A stretch of 64,000 bases of DNA from Minisyncoccota bacterium (GTDB lineage Bacteria; Patescibacteriota; Minisyncoccia; Phycocordibacterales; JBAZVT01), in assembly GCA_041660745.1 (NCBI GenBank), contig JBAZVT010000002.1, positions 15,210 to 79,209 on the forward strand, in the 5' to 3' direction. This document shows, one piece after another, positions 48,061-57,524 of this stretch. The position numbers and the translations under genes are program-made. The number at the start of each line of letters is the position of its first letter. The stretch's first letter is position 1. A model generated the notes under the pieces. The model worked only from the letters and a program-made list of their open reading frames with translations. It was not told the DNA's origin and ran no database searches.

Positions 48061-48492
48061 ATGGAACTGATAATTCAAAAGCAATTTACAGCAGTTCGCG
48101 CAGTTATTGTGAATGAAGGAAAGTTTCTCGTTATCAGAGAATCAGCTACGTATGACGGTGGAGCTAATCATAAAAAATACGGTTTTCCAGGTGGGAAAAT
48201 AAAAATTGGAGAATCTGTTGCGCAGGCTATTGTGCGAGAAATAAGAGAAGAGGTTGGGATAGATGTTAAAATAGGTAAACCATTTTTTGTTGATGAGTGG
48301 AGACCTGTTGTGAAAGGGGAACAGATTCAAATAATCGGTATTTTTTACATGTGTGAGCCGGTGAGTCTAGAGGTCATGTTGAGTGCAGACCACGATGATT
48401 ATGCATGGGTATCTCTTTCCGAGTATTCATCTCTCTCATTGACCGATGCAACAAGAAATGCTTTTGAGATATTAAAAGATGATGCTGTTTAG
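48061..48492 (+). CDS. NUDIX hydrolase
   Basis: PGGKIKIGESVAQAIVREIREEVG Nudix box. Confidence 0.9.
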   Translation: MELIIQKQFTAVRAVIVNEGKFLVIRESATYDGGANHKKYGFPGGKIKIGESVAQAIVREIREEVGIDVKIGKPFFVDEWRPVVKGEQIQIIGIFYMCEPVSLEVMLSADHDDYAWVSLSEYSSLSLTDATRNAFEILKDDAV

Positions 48493-48530
48493 GTTTTATA
48501 ATAAATATTGCTAATTATCAAATTATTATA

Positions 48531-48854
48531 ATGAAAACACTTAAATTTAGACCAGAGCTAGCTTCGCTTATATTGTTAGGAGAAAAGACCAGTACCTGGC
48601 GACTTTTCGATGATAAAAATTTAACACTTGGCGATGAGATTATTCTTATTAATAAAAGTACTGGGGAGGAATTTGGTAAGGCTGTAATTATAGAATTAAG
48701 AGAAAAGAAACTAGGGGAGATCATAGATACGGATTTTTACGGACATGAAAAGTTTGAAAGTGTTGAAAAAATGTATGAAGCATATAGAAAATATTATGGT
48801 GATAAGGTAACCCCTGAGTCTATTGTTAAAATAATTAAATTTAGGTTGGTGTAA
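48531..48854 (+). CDS. ASCH domain protein
   Basis: ILLGEKTSTWR (GxKxxTxR) motif. Confidence 0.85.
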   Translation: MKTLKFRPELASLILLGEKTSTWRLFDDKNLTLGDEIILINKSTGEEFGKAVIIELREKKLGEIIDTDFYGHEKFESVEKMYEAYRKYYGDKVTPESIVKIIKFRLV

Positions 48855-48903
48855 GCTCGGCTACTGACCATAGGTAATCGCGGAAGTCGGGTCTTATAGA
48901 TTT

Positions 48904-49131
48904 TTGACAAAAAATAGGCAATATGCTACTATATAGAAGTAAGTTTTCTCTAGGAGATATGGTAAGGCACACAAGCTTCTCTGTATCTTAAAGTCCTTTA
49001 AATGGGACTTTTACGAGACTTGTAGTCACCTTACGTATATTTATCCAGACTACCAGCGCTTTCGATGCGCTTTTTATCGGGCAGATTACAAAACTGCCAT
49101 CACAACCCTTTTTAAAGGATTGTTCTAGTTT
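48904..49131 (+). promoter_or_regulatory. Sigma70 promoter and long structured 5' leader of the DEAD-box helicase
   Basis: TTGACA-17bp-TACTAT with extended TG; about 190-nt leader with several stems. Confidence 0.6.
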
Positions 49132-50763
49132 ATGTTTACAAAAAAAAGTTTCAGTAGTAGTTCACCTCGTCCAAGTACAGGTGTGCGCAAGCCTCGTGCA
49201 GTTTCTGCAAGCGGAGCTCATCGTAGTTCAGCTCGTTTCGGCGTGTCTGCTCCTGTGGGAAATATTAATCGTAATACCAGCCAAACTCGTTTTGGTTCAG
49301 CAAGCCCTCGTCCAGGATATGGAAGTGGTTCTTCAAGGTCTGCATCTTTTTCTTCAGGTGCAAGTAGTTTTAAAGGCTCATACACATCTACACCAACACA
49401 TTCAAGCCATGCTAGTCATGGAATATCTGTGCCTCGCGTAGGAAATAGTGCACCAGCACGTTTCAGTCCTCGCACCTCAAGTGGAAGCAGTTTTAGTTCT
49501 AGTTCATCACGCCCAGCGTTCCACGGTGGAAGCGCTCGACCAGCTATGCGATACGGTTCTGGCAGTTCTGCACGCAGTGGTGGATATGAAAGACGCACAG
49601 GTAGAGGAGGTGGTTCATATGGATCTTCAGGACGCGGAGGAAAGGGAAGAGGATTCGGCGGTCAGAGTATTCCCGTATCTCGTTATATCAACAAAGCAGA
49701 AATCACAGAGGTGATGGAAAAATTTGTTCCAGAGCATGCGTTTTCAGATTTTGCTGTTGAAGCACGTTTGAAAGCAAACATTGCGGCTCGTGGGTATGTT
49801 ACACCAACTCCAATTCAGGATAAAATTATTCCACACATCTTGCGTGGATCTGATGTGGTGGGTATTGCAAACACTGGTACAGGTAAAACTGCAGCGTTTC
49901 TTATTCCTCTCATCAACAAAGTTCTTCTTAATCCAAAAGAAAATATTTTGATTGTTGCTCCAACACGCGAGCTTGCAATTCAGATTGAGAGTGAATTAAA
50001 GATATTTACTCCAACATTAAAAATGTTTTCAACATGCTGCGTTGGTGGTGCGCCAATCGGCAGACAAATGTCACAACTTCGTTATCCAAATAATTTTATT
50101 ATTGGTACACCAGGAAGAATAAAAGACTTGATGGAACGCCGATGTATTAATTTGTCCACATTCAATACTATTGTGTTGGATGAAGCAGATAGAATGCTTG
50201 ATATGGGATTTGTCGCAGACATGAAATACATGATGGCGAAAATGCCAGAGAAGCGTCACACACTGTTCTTCTCAGCAACCTTGTCAAAAGAAATTGAAGC
50301 CCTTATTTCTAGCTTCTTGAAAGATCCCGTTCGCATTTCTGTGAAGACACAGGATGTGTCTAAGAACGTTGATCAGGATATTGTGAAAACTCAAGGTAAG
50401 TCAAAAGTAGATGTATTGTTTGATTTACTTAAACAAACAGATTTCAAAAAAGTGCTTATTTTTGGCCGTACAAAACATGGTGTTCAGCGTCTCTCAGAGT
50501 TGCTTGAACAAAATGGCTTTAGTGCTGAATCTATTCACGGTGACAAGCCACACAATCGTCGCCAGAAGGCGCTCGGTCTCTTTAAAGAGAATCGTGTCCA
50601 GGTGCTCGTTGCAACAGACGTTGCTGCTCGTGGATTGGATATTGATGGTATTAGTCACGTGATCAACTATGATTTGCCTGCGACCTTTGATGATTATGTT
50701 CACCGTATCGGACGAACCGGACGTGGAGATAAGAAAGGGAAAGCTTTAACTTTTATAGACTAG
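49132..50763 (+). CDS. DEAD-box RNA helicase with long disordered N-terminus
   Basis: Q motif PTPIQ, GTGKT, PTRELA, TPGR, DEAD, SAT, ARGLD, HRIGRTGR. Confidence 0.95.
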   Translation: MFTKKSFSSSSPRPSTGVRKPRAVSASGAHRSSARFGVSAPVGNINRNTSQTRFGSASPRPGYGSGSSRSASFSSGASSFKGSYTSTPTHSSHASHGISVPRVGNSAPARFSPRTSSGSSFSSSSSRPAFHGGSARPAMRYGSGSSARSGGYERRTGRGGGSYGSSGRGGKGRGFGGQSIPVSRYINKAEITEVMEKFVPEHAFSDFAVEARLKANIAARGYVTPTPIQDKIIPHILRGSDVVGIANTGTGKTAAFLIPLINKVLLNPKENILIVAPTRELAIQIESELKIFTPTLKMFSTCCVGGAPIGRQMSQLRYPNNFIIGTPGRIKDLMERRCINLSTFNTIVLDEADRMLDMGFVADMKYMMAKMPEKRHTLFFSATLSKEIEALISSFLKDPVRISVKTQDVSKNVDQDIVKTQGKSKVDVLFDLLKQTDFKKVLIFGRTKHGVQRLSELLEQNGFSAESIHGDKPHNRRQKALGLFKENRVQVLVATDVAARGLDIDGISHVINYDLPATFDDYVHRIGRTGRGDKKGKALTFID

Positions 50764-50990
50764 GAAAAAATATAAATTTATAAAATAAAAAACACCGTAA
50801 CAAAATGTCGCGGTGTTTTTTATTGTAAAAAATGTTTTCAACATTTTTTACAAAAGTATTTTTTGAATTTTTCGTGAACTTTTAAAAGTTATCAACAGTT
50901 TTTTAAAAAATACTATTGTGTTGTGCAACGCTTGTTGTACAATTAATGAGGAGCTCGTAACTCCTATTATTAGTTTAGCATCCATATCTC

Positions 50991-51089
50991 ATGGCAAAGA
51001 AAATAGTAAAGAAGACAGTCAAGAAGGCGGTGAAGAAAGCGAAGAAGACCGTCAAGAAAGTTGCTCGCAAGAGTAGTAAGAAGAGATAG
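50991..51089 (+). CDS. 32-aa histone H1-like Lys-rich small protein (not in ORF track)
   Basis: MAKKIVKKTVKKAVKKAKKTVKKVARKSSKKR*; upstream TACAAT and downstream terminator AAAAAACCACC-TTCG-GGTGGTTTTTT. Confidence 0.7.
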   Translation: MAKKIVKKTVKKAVKKAKKTVKKVARKSSKKR

Positions 51090-51145
51090 TATCTCTCTTA
51101 AACAAAAAACCACCTTCGGGTGGTTTTTTGTTGTGCTTTGTTTTT

Positions 51146-51841
51146 CTAGAGAGGATCTTTTGTGGGAATGCCTGTTGTGCGGGGATATAGATTTTCTGTT
51201 TCAAAAACTTTTTCTATGATAACCAGTTCATGACTTTCTAGTCCTGGAATTGTGATGGGAATTATTTCTTTAATTTTTCCACCCAAGATATTGATGGCGT
51301 GTCGCGCATCATTAACTTCTGACTCACTGTGGGTTTTCTGTGCGATACAAATACCTCCAACTTTTACAAGTGGAAGCATGTATTCTGCGAGGACAGGAAG
51401 GTATGCAACCGCACGTGCCGTAACAACATCAAATTTTTCGCGGAGTTTCTTGTTGTGTCCTGCTTCTTCCGCACGTATTTTAATTGTTTCCGCGTAGGGA
51501 AGTTTGAGAGTTGCAATAATATGATCTAAAAATGTTACTTTTTTCCCAGTTGATTCTAGAAGAGTTATTTTCATGTCGGGTCGGGCAATTTTGATTGCAA
51601 GCCCAGGAAAGCCGGCACCGCTTCCCACATCAACAATAGTATGGGATTCTTCGGGGATGTGGGGAATAATAGTAAGAGAATCGACAAAATGCTTGAGGGT
51701 TATCTCATCGGGCGTTTTGATTGCGGTGAGGTTGAATTTTTCATTCCACTCCATAAGTTCTTTTTGATATATGCCAAAAGCGCTTATTTGTTCGGGAGTT
51801 AGATTTATTCCTAATGTTTTTGTGTATTCCTGTATTGTCAT
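51146..51841 (-). CDS. rsmG: 16S rRNA m7G527 methyltransferase
   Basis: WNEKFNLTAI, HFVDSL, DVGSGAGFPG, RAEE, ARAVA. Confidence 0.95.
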   Translation of the reverse strand: MTIQEYTKTLGINLTPEQISAFGIYQKELMEWNEKFNLTAIKTPDEITLKHFVDSLTIIPHIPEESHTIVDVGSGAGFPGLAIKIARPDMKITLLESTGKKVTFLDHIIATLKLPYAETIKIRAEEAGHNKKLREKFDVVTARAVAYLPVLAEYMLPLVKVGGICIAQKTHSESEVNDARHAINILGGKIKEIIPITIPGLESHELVIIEKVFETENLYPRTTGIPTKDPL

Positions 51842-51962
51842 GGAAGGGAGTATACCATGAAAATTGTTTTACACTAGGTTGAGCAGCTTTTTGAAAAAGG
51901 TTGCTTCATTCCTATTCATATCATGTTATAATATATGCATTATTAATTTTTAGAAAAAGATT

Positions 51963-52208
51963 ATGACTCTAGTTTACGTAGCTGTCGGGGTTGTTGCAGT
52001 TCTCCTTGGTGTATTGATTGCAACGAAAATGAAAAAAGGAAGTAATGGTGTTGTTGCAAGTATGGACGGTTCAACGTGCTGTGCTGAAGAAAAAGCACCA
52101 GAGGTTGTAGGCTCTGTCTCGGAAAGTTCATGCGTGTGCGCAGCATGTCCTCAAGACTGTACGAATTGTGAGGAATGCAAAGTTGATGCTCCACAGACAA
52201 ACGCCTAA
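51963..52208 (+). CDS. Small membrane-anchored Cys-rich protein
   Basis: TM then CC...CVCAACPQDCTNCEEC; followed by a hairpin terminator. Confidence 0.65.
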   Translation: MTLVYVAVGVVAVLLGVLIATKMKKGSNGVVASMDGSTCCAEEKAPEVVGSVSESSCVCAACPQDCTNCEECKVDAPQTNA

Positions 52209-52323
52209 AATCTATAGGAAAGTTACAAAAGTCCGACCTTTTTGCAACAAAAAGGTCGGACTTTTTGTGAATGTTTTTTTAAACAGGAAAGACGAAGAAT
52301 GCTGTTTATGTTACCATAATCCC

Positions 52324-52947
52324 ATGTCACGAATCATTTTTTGGTTTTTAGCCGCTGTTTCTATTCTAGGAGCTTTTGTTGTGGTTATTAATGTTACTAT
52401 TTTTGGTGATACTGTTGGTTATATTCATACTTCTATCTCAAGAGTTCCTGAAGTTCCCGTTGCTCTCGTTTTAGGTTCAAGTGTAACCAATAGTAAGCTT
52501 ATGCCTGTTGCCTTAGATCGCGCCAATACAGCAATTGAATTATATGATGCTGGAAAAGTGAAATTGATTCTTGTGAGTGGAGACAATGGCACACGGTCTT
52601 ATAATGAAGTTATTCCTGTGAAAAAATATCTCGTGAGTCAGGGTGTACCCGAAGAAAAAATATTTCTGGATTATGCGGGGTTTGATACCTACGATAGTTT
52701 ATATAGAGCAAAAGAAATTTTTGGGGTAACAAATCTTGTTATTGTAACGCAGGCATTTCATCTTCCTCGTGCTGTGTATATTGCGCGATCTCTCGGACTT
52801 ACTGCTTTTGGGATGTCGGCCGACAAGAGAGAATATTTGTTAAAAAATTCTGTGCGAGAGTGGTTTGCTAATATAAAAGCCCTGTATCAGATTGATACAG
52901 GTGCACAAGCAACTGTATTAGGAGAAAGGATACAACTACCTCTGTAA
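52324..52947 (+). CDS. SanA/YdcF (DUF218) family protein
   Basis: VLGS, LVSGDN, YNEV, LDYAGFDTYDS, TQAFHLPRA, RE motif. Confidence 0.88.
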   Translation: MSRIIFWFLAAVSILGAFVVVINVTIFGDTVGYIHTSISRVPEVPVALVLGSSVTNSKLMPVALDRANTAIELYDAGKVKLILVSGDNGTRSYNEVIPVKKYLVSQGVPEEKIFLDYAGFDTYDSLYRAKEIFGVTNLVIVTQAFHLPRAVYIARSLGLTAFGMSADKREYLLKNSVREWFANIKALYQIDTGAQATVLGERIQLPL

Positions 52948-53062
52948 TTATTTTTTAAGACCAAGTTTACAATCGAACTGTAACTGTAACATAATAACCT
53001 CTATTCACTATGAATAGAGGTTATTATTCGTGTCTACCGCTCTTCGGTGAGTGCTATGGTAT

Positions 53063-53266
53063 TTATCGAGCGATTTTCGGCATGATGGTCAAAATATAGA
53101 TGGCACTAATGCCAACAATTGCATAGACAACTCGGCTGAGAGCACTCATGTCACCAAAGATAGCGGCAACGAGATTAAAGCCAAATACTCCGACAAGTCC
53201 CCAGTTGAGTCCTCCAATTACGAGGAGAACAAGCGCAATCCAGTCCAGTACATTTAGTTTCATCAT
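53063..53266 (-). CDS. DUF378 family membrane protein
   Basis: IGGLNWGLVG.F.FNLV..IFG...SRVVYAIVG. Confidence 0.88.
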   Translation of the reverse strand: MMKLNVLDWIALVLLVIGGLNWGLVGVFGFNLVAAIFGDMSALSRVVYAIVGISAIYILTIMPKIAR

Positions 53267-53370
53267 ACTATTAGTAATTATTGATAAAATGGTCTGTTTT
53301 AGTATGAACCTGTGTAGTGAAGAAAGAGTTAAGTTTTTTGGTCTAGCTTCTTTGTGTTATCATGGGCTGT

Positions 53371-53859
53371 ATGATTCTCGTTACTCATGCTGTTGTCGGT
53401 GCTACTGTTGCTAGTTTTGTTCCTGCTCATCCGGTGGAGGGTTTTGTTCTTGGTTTTCTCAGTCACTTTATCCTTGATTCAATTCCTCACTGGGATTACA
53501 ACATTAAAAGTGGTTTTATTGACCCAGATCGCAATTCACGGTTTTCTTTTTCAAAAGATATTATAGTTGATGCTATGAAGATTATTGCGGATATTCTTGC
53601 GGGTTTTGTTTTGGCATACATTCTTTTTCACAATCAGTTCAGTGGTGTTGCTGTGTACGCTGGGGTAATGGGGGCTCTCATGCCGGATATTTTGCAATTT
53701 GTGCAAGCGAAGATCCCTTGGAAACCACTTGTTCAACTCCGTCGTTTTCACGCATGGATACAGTCCGATAAACGTTTTAAATATAGGCCACTCGTGGGGG
53801 CTGGAATGCAGGTTGTTCTTATTATTGTTGTATCGGCGACTATTCTCTTGCTCCGTTAG
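53371..53859 (+). CDS. Membrane protein, putative metal-dependent hydrolase
   Basis: THAVVG, SHFILDSIPHWDY, PD, FHAWIQ motifs. Confidence 0.7.
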   Translation: MILVTHAVVGATVASFVPAHPVEGFVLGFLSHFILDSIPHWDYNIKSGFIDPDRNSRFSFSKDIIVDAMKIIADILAGFVLAYILFHNQFSGVAVYAGVMGALMPDILQFVQAKIPWKPLVQLRRFHAWIQSDKRFKYRPLVGAGMQVVLIIVVSATILLLR

Positions 53860-53924
53860 GTGTATACTTAATATAGTCCATTTTTATTCTAGTTGTTATA
53901 TAAAATATAAATAGACTCTTATCT

Positions 53925-54575
53925 ATGAAAAATATTGCGTCATATAAAATTAAAGTTTTTATTGAATTCGTCACCGTGCTTGTTGCGTTTATCCTTGGGC
54001 TTGTAACGTATGAATTTATCCCTGATATGGTTGCTTCGCATTGGAATATTTACGGAATGGCTAATGGATATATGCCGAAACCGTGGGGTGTATTTTTGTT
54101 GCCAATTATTATGGCGGGGATATTTGTACTCATGCAAACCGTTCCACTACTTGATGCCCGCAAAATGTTTCGTGAACAGCTTGGCCGTAGATTTCATCGT
54201 TTTGTTGTATTGCTGTTTCTGTTTTTCTTATATCTCTATACTTTGATTTTGGCGTGGAACTTGGGGGTACAGTTTAATTTTTCTTTGTATCTTCTACCCG
54301 CTTTCTCTGTTTTGTTTTATGCAATAGGGAATCTTATTGAACATGTAGAGCCAAATATGTTTATCGGTGTTAGAACCCCATGGACGCTTTCTCATCCTGT
54401 CGTATGGGAAAAGGTGCATTCTCTAGGCGGTAGATTGTTTAAAGATTGTGCCGTGATTGCTATGTTTGGATTACTGTTTCCTCCGCTTGCCTTTGTTTTT
54501 GCGATAATTCCTGTTGTTGCCGTTGGTTTGTTTCTTATTGTATATTCATATGTAGAGTGGAGAAGGCTGGCGTAA
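53925..54575 (+). CDS. SdpI / DUF1648 family membrane protein
   Basis: ASHWNIYG, PNMFIGVRTPWTLS...WEKVH. Confidence 0.88.
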   Translation: MKNIASYKIKVFIEFVTVLVAFILGLVTYEFIPDMVASHWNIYGMANGYMPKPWGVFLLPIIMAGIFVLMQTVPLLDARKMFREQLGRRFHRFVVLLFLFFLYLYTLILAWNLGVQFNFSLYLLPAFSVLFYAIGNLIEHVEPNMFIGVRTPWTLSHPVVWEKVHSLGGRLFKDCAVIAMFGLLFPPLAFVFAIIPVVAVGLFLIVYSYVEWRRLA

Positions 54576-54607
54576 AAAGGTCTTGTGTGTTGTCGGGATA
54601 CAATTTT

Positions 54608-55657
54608 ATGTCTCTAGGAAAGTTTACATCTATTTTTGCTATTCTTGTGGCTCTTGTCAGCATATTTTCTTTTTCTGGTGCGAGGAAGAATACACAGATA
54701 ACTGCTTCGGTCAGTGTTCCTCTTATTGTTCAGCATGTAGAACCTGTTGTTTCGTCATCTACGCGCATACTTTTTGTGGGAGATATGATGCTTGGTAGAT
54801 ATGTAGAAAAACTCCTCGCACAGAATGGTGAGTCATATTTATTTTCTGGCACACGAGAAGTATTTAGAAGCGCAAATGCTGTGGTGGGTAACCTCGAAGG
54901 TCCGATTGTGTACAATCATATACCAACGCTTTCTGGCGGTATGCAATTTTCTTTTGCTTCAGGAACTGCAAATCTTCTAGCGAGAAATGGTGTAACTATT
55001 GTTTCTCGTGCCAATAACCACGGTCTCGATCGCGGAGTACTTGGTTGGGCTGATACTTCACAGTTGCTTCAGCGTTCACATGTACAGTATTTTGGTAGTC
55101 CAACACAAACCAAACCGTCCGTGTCGGTAGCAACAACAACTATTAATAATGAACAAATTGCTTTTGTTGGTATGAATACTACATTTCCAACTTTTGTTGC
55201 TTCGGTAGGAGAAAATCTTGTGCGTGAAGTTGCGTCAACTACAGGTGCTTTTGTTGTTATTTCTATCCATTGGGGTAATGAATACGAGCTTGAGCCAAAT
55301 ATATTTCAGAAAGAGTATGCAAGGAAACTGATTCTTGCTGGGGCAGATTTGATTATAGGCCATCATCCTCATGTGGTGCAAAGTGTTGATGAATATCAGG
55401 GGGTGCCCATTTTCTATTCTCTCGGTAATTTTCTATTTGATCAGTATTTTTCGAAGGATACTCAAGAAGGGTTGGCTGTCATGTTGGAGTTTGCGGACGG
55501 TGTCGTCACATATAAACTCCTACCCCTTGAAAGTGTAAGAAGTAGTGTGTCGCTTATGTCTGGAGTGTTAAAGAGTCAATGGCTTTCAACTCTTGCAGAA
55601 AGAAGTCCTGCTGTGGCAATGGGTGTGGAAAAAGGGGAACTTGTGATTGTGAGATAG
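54608..55657 (+). CDS. CapA/PgsA-family metallophosphoesterase
   Basis: GDMMLGR, GNLEG, ANNH, HWG, GHHPH, YSLGNF; N-terminal anchor. Confidence 0.88.
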   Translation: MSLGKFTSIFAILVALVSIFSFSGARKNTQITASVSVPLIVQHVEPVVSSSTRILFVGDMMLGRYVEKLLAQNGESYLFSGTREVFRSANAVVGNLEGPIVYNHIPTLSGGMQFSFASGTANLLARNGVTIVSRANNHGLDRGVLGWADTSQLLQRSHVQYFGSPTQTKPSVSVATTTINNEQIAFVGMNTTFPTFVASVGENLVREVASTTGAFVVISIHWGNEYELEPNIFQKEYARKLILAGADLIIGHHPHVVQSVDEYQGVPIFYSLGNFLFDQYFSKDTQEGLAVMLEFADGVVTYKLLPLESVRSSVSLMSGVLKSQWLSTLAERSPAVAMGVEKGELVIVR

Positions 55658-55671
55658 TGTATACTATATAT

Positions 55672-55980
55672 ATGAATTCATTAATACATGCAGATATTTT
55701 TTTCTTCATTACAACTATTGCACTGATAGCGTTTAGTATTATTGGTGTTGTTGCTCTCATATATATAATTAAAATACTTGTAGATGCGCGGTTTATTGTG
55801 CGTGCATTTCGTGGTGAGGTAGAGGGGATTATTGTTGATATTAAGGATTTTAGAAGTAAGGTAAAAGAAGGTGGTGCAAAATTTCGTTTGTTTGCAGATC
55901 TTTTTAAAAAAATTATTACAAAAACTAGAAAAACACGAACTACTACTCGTAACAGAAAAGAACATGGTACAACAGAATAA
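55672..55980 (+). CDS. Hypothetical membrane protein
   Basis: ADIFFFITTI TM followed by a basic coiled region. Confidence 0.7.
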   Translation: MNSLIHADIFFFITTIALIAFSIIGVVALIYIIKILVDARFIVRAFRGEVEGIIVDIKDFRSKVKEGGAKFRLFADLFKKIITKTRKTRTTTRNRKEHGTTE

Positions 55981-56353
55981 TAAAGCTAAAAAAAATATAT
56001 CTGACATGACAAAGATTGGTATCGGTGCATCAGTGGCAGCGGTTGTTGCTGTTGGTGCATTGGGTGCATATATGTTGTATGGCCCAGAAAACAAGAAACG
56101 TCGTCAGCATGTAAAAAGCTGGATGCTTAAAATGAAAGCAGAAGTTTTAGAAAAATTGGAAAAAGCAAAAGAAGTAAATGAGGATTCATATAAAACTATT
56201 GTTGATGGTATTGCAAAAAAATATCAGGAATTAAAAGATGTTGACCCTGTTGAATTGGCGGGAGTGATTGCGGAGCTTGCGGATTCGTTCCGTGAAATGA
56301 AAAAGGAGGGATCCGGGGGAAAGAAAAAAGCAAAAGTAGTAAGTAAAAAGTAA
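55964..56353 (+). CDS. Hypothetical membrane-anchored helical protein (YtxH-like)
   Basis: GAYMLYGP..KKRR..VKSWMLKMKAEV; followed by terminator 56361-56394. Confidence 0.7.
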   Translation: MVQQNNKAKKNISDMTKIGIGASVAAVVAVGALGAYMLYGPENKKRRQHVKSWMLKMKAEVLEKLEKAKEVNEDSYKTIVDGIAKKYQELKDVDPVELAGVIAELADSFREMKKEGSGGKKKAKVVSKK

Positions 56354-56422
56354 TATGTAAAAAATGCCGCACCCCGAAGGGGTGCGGCATTTTGTTTTTA
56401 GAAGTAAGGGAAATTTTTGGGT

Positions 56423-56545
56423 AAAAAAAGAGGTGGTGTGGCCCTCTCGGCATGCCACACCACCCAGGGAAGGAGGCTCAAAAATATTGAATCAAAAGAC
56501 AGTTTGAGCCTACTTCGGGAAAGAACAACGATATTTGATTACCTT
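56423..56545 (-). ncRNA. Candidate small RNA (~120 nt)
   Basis: Minus-strand TTGCAT-17bp-TATACT promoter with extended TG, internal hairpin, strong terminator plus U-tract; no ORF. Confidence 0.55.
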
Positions 56546-56613
56546 ACTAGTATAGCATGGTATGCAAAATTATGCAACATAAACTTGCAAAAAACAAGTT
56601 TTAGGCCTATAAT

Positions 56614-57384
56614 ATGCCATATATGGCAAAGAATCCAACATCATGGGGTCCAGTAGCGCCTTGGTATAAAAAGCATCTTGAAGAACCTGATACATATCAT
56701 TCTCAGGTTGTTTTGCCGAATCTAACACGAATGATGGAAGTTAAAAAGGGTGAACAAGTCTTTGATTTGGCCTGTGGCGAGGGCTTTTTCTCGCGCGCTT
56801 TCGCTAGTCTCGGGGCTGTCGTTTCTGGAGCAGATATTGCACCAGAGCTTGTTCTACTTGCAAAGAAAAGTATCCCAATGGGAACTTTTACGACAACCCC
56901 ATCTCACAATCTTTCTGGATTCAAAAGTAATTCTTTCTCAAAAATCGCGTGTGTGCTGGCTTTGCAAAATATAGAAAAGGTGAGAGAGACACTTGCGGAA
57001 TGTAATCGCATTTTAGTTTCAGGTGGGACAATGTATATTGTGATTAATCACCCGGCATTTAGAATTCCAAAAAGTTCTAGTTGGGGATTTGATGAGATGA
57101 GCAGAGTGCAGTACAGACGAATGGATTCATACATGAAAGAAACCAAGGAAAAGATTGTGATGCATCCTGGAGAAAAAGAAAGTGCACAAACTGTTTCATT
57201 TCATCGACCACTCCAATATTATTTTAAAGCATTTTCCGGTGCAGGTTTTGCTGTAACACGCCTAGAAGAATGGATTTCTCACAGGGAAAGCGAGGAAGGT
57301 CCACGAAAGGCTGCAGAAGATGTGGCGCGTAAGGAATTTCCGTTGTTTATGGCGATTGAGTTAGTAAAGTTAAAAAGTTTGTAA
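56614..57384 (+). CDS. Class I SAM-dependent methyltransferase
   Basis: DLACGEG motif I; NHPAFRIP, FHRPL. Confidence 0.85.
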   Translation: MPYMAKNPTSWGPVAPWYKKHLEEPDTYHSQVVLPNLTRMMEVKKGEQVFDLACGEGFFSRAFASLGAVVSGADIAPELVLLAKKSIPMGTFTTTPSHNLSGFKSNSFSKIACVLALQNIEKVRETLAECNRILVSGGTMYIVINHPAFRIPKSSSWGFDEMSRVQYRRMDSYMKETKEKIVMHPGEKESAQTVSFHRPLQYYFKAFSGAGFAVTRLEEWISHRESEEGPRKAAEDVARKEFPLFMAIELVKLKSL

Positions 57385-57397
57385 AGTTCATAAAGTA

Positions 57398-57492
57398 AGA
57401 AAATGCCGGCACCCTGGGCGACTTTGTTTTCTTATGAATTCTTATTCATTAGAAAACAAGAAGTACTCCTGTGGTGCGCCGGCATTTTCTTT
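57398..57492. repeat. Long imperfect hairpin between convergent genes (bidirectional terminator / REP-like)
   Basis: AAGAAAATGCCGGC...GCCGGCATTTTCTT enclosing TTGTTTTCT-TATGAAT..ATTCAT-TAGAAAACAA. Confidence 0.6.
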
Positions 57493-57524
57493 TTGTGCTT
57501 TTAACTTTATAAACTTGTAACTAG

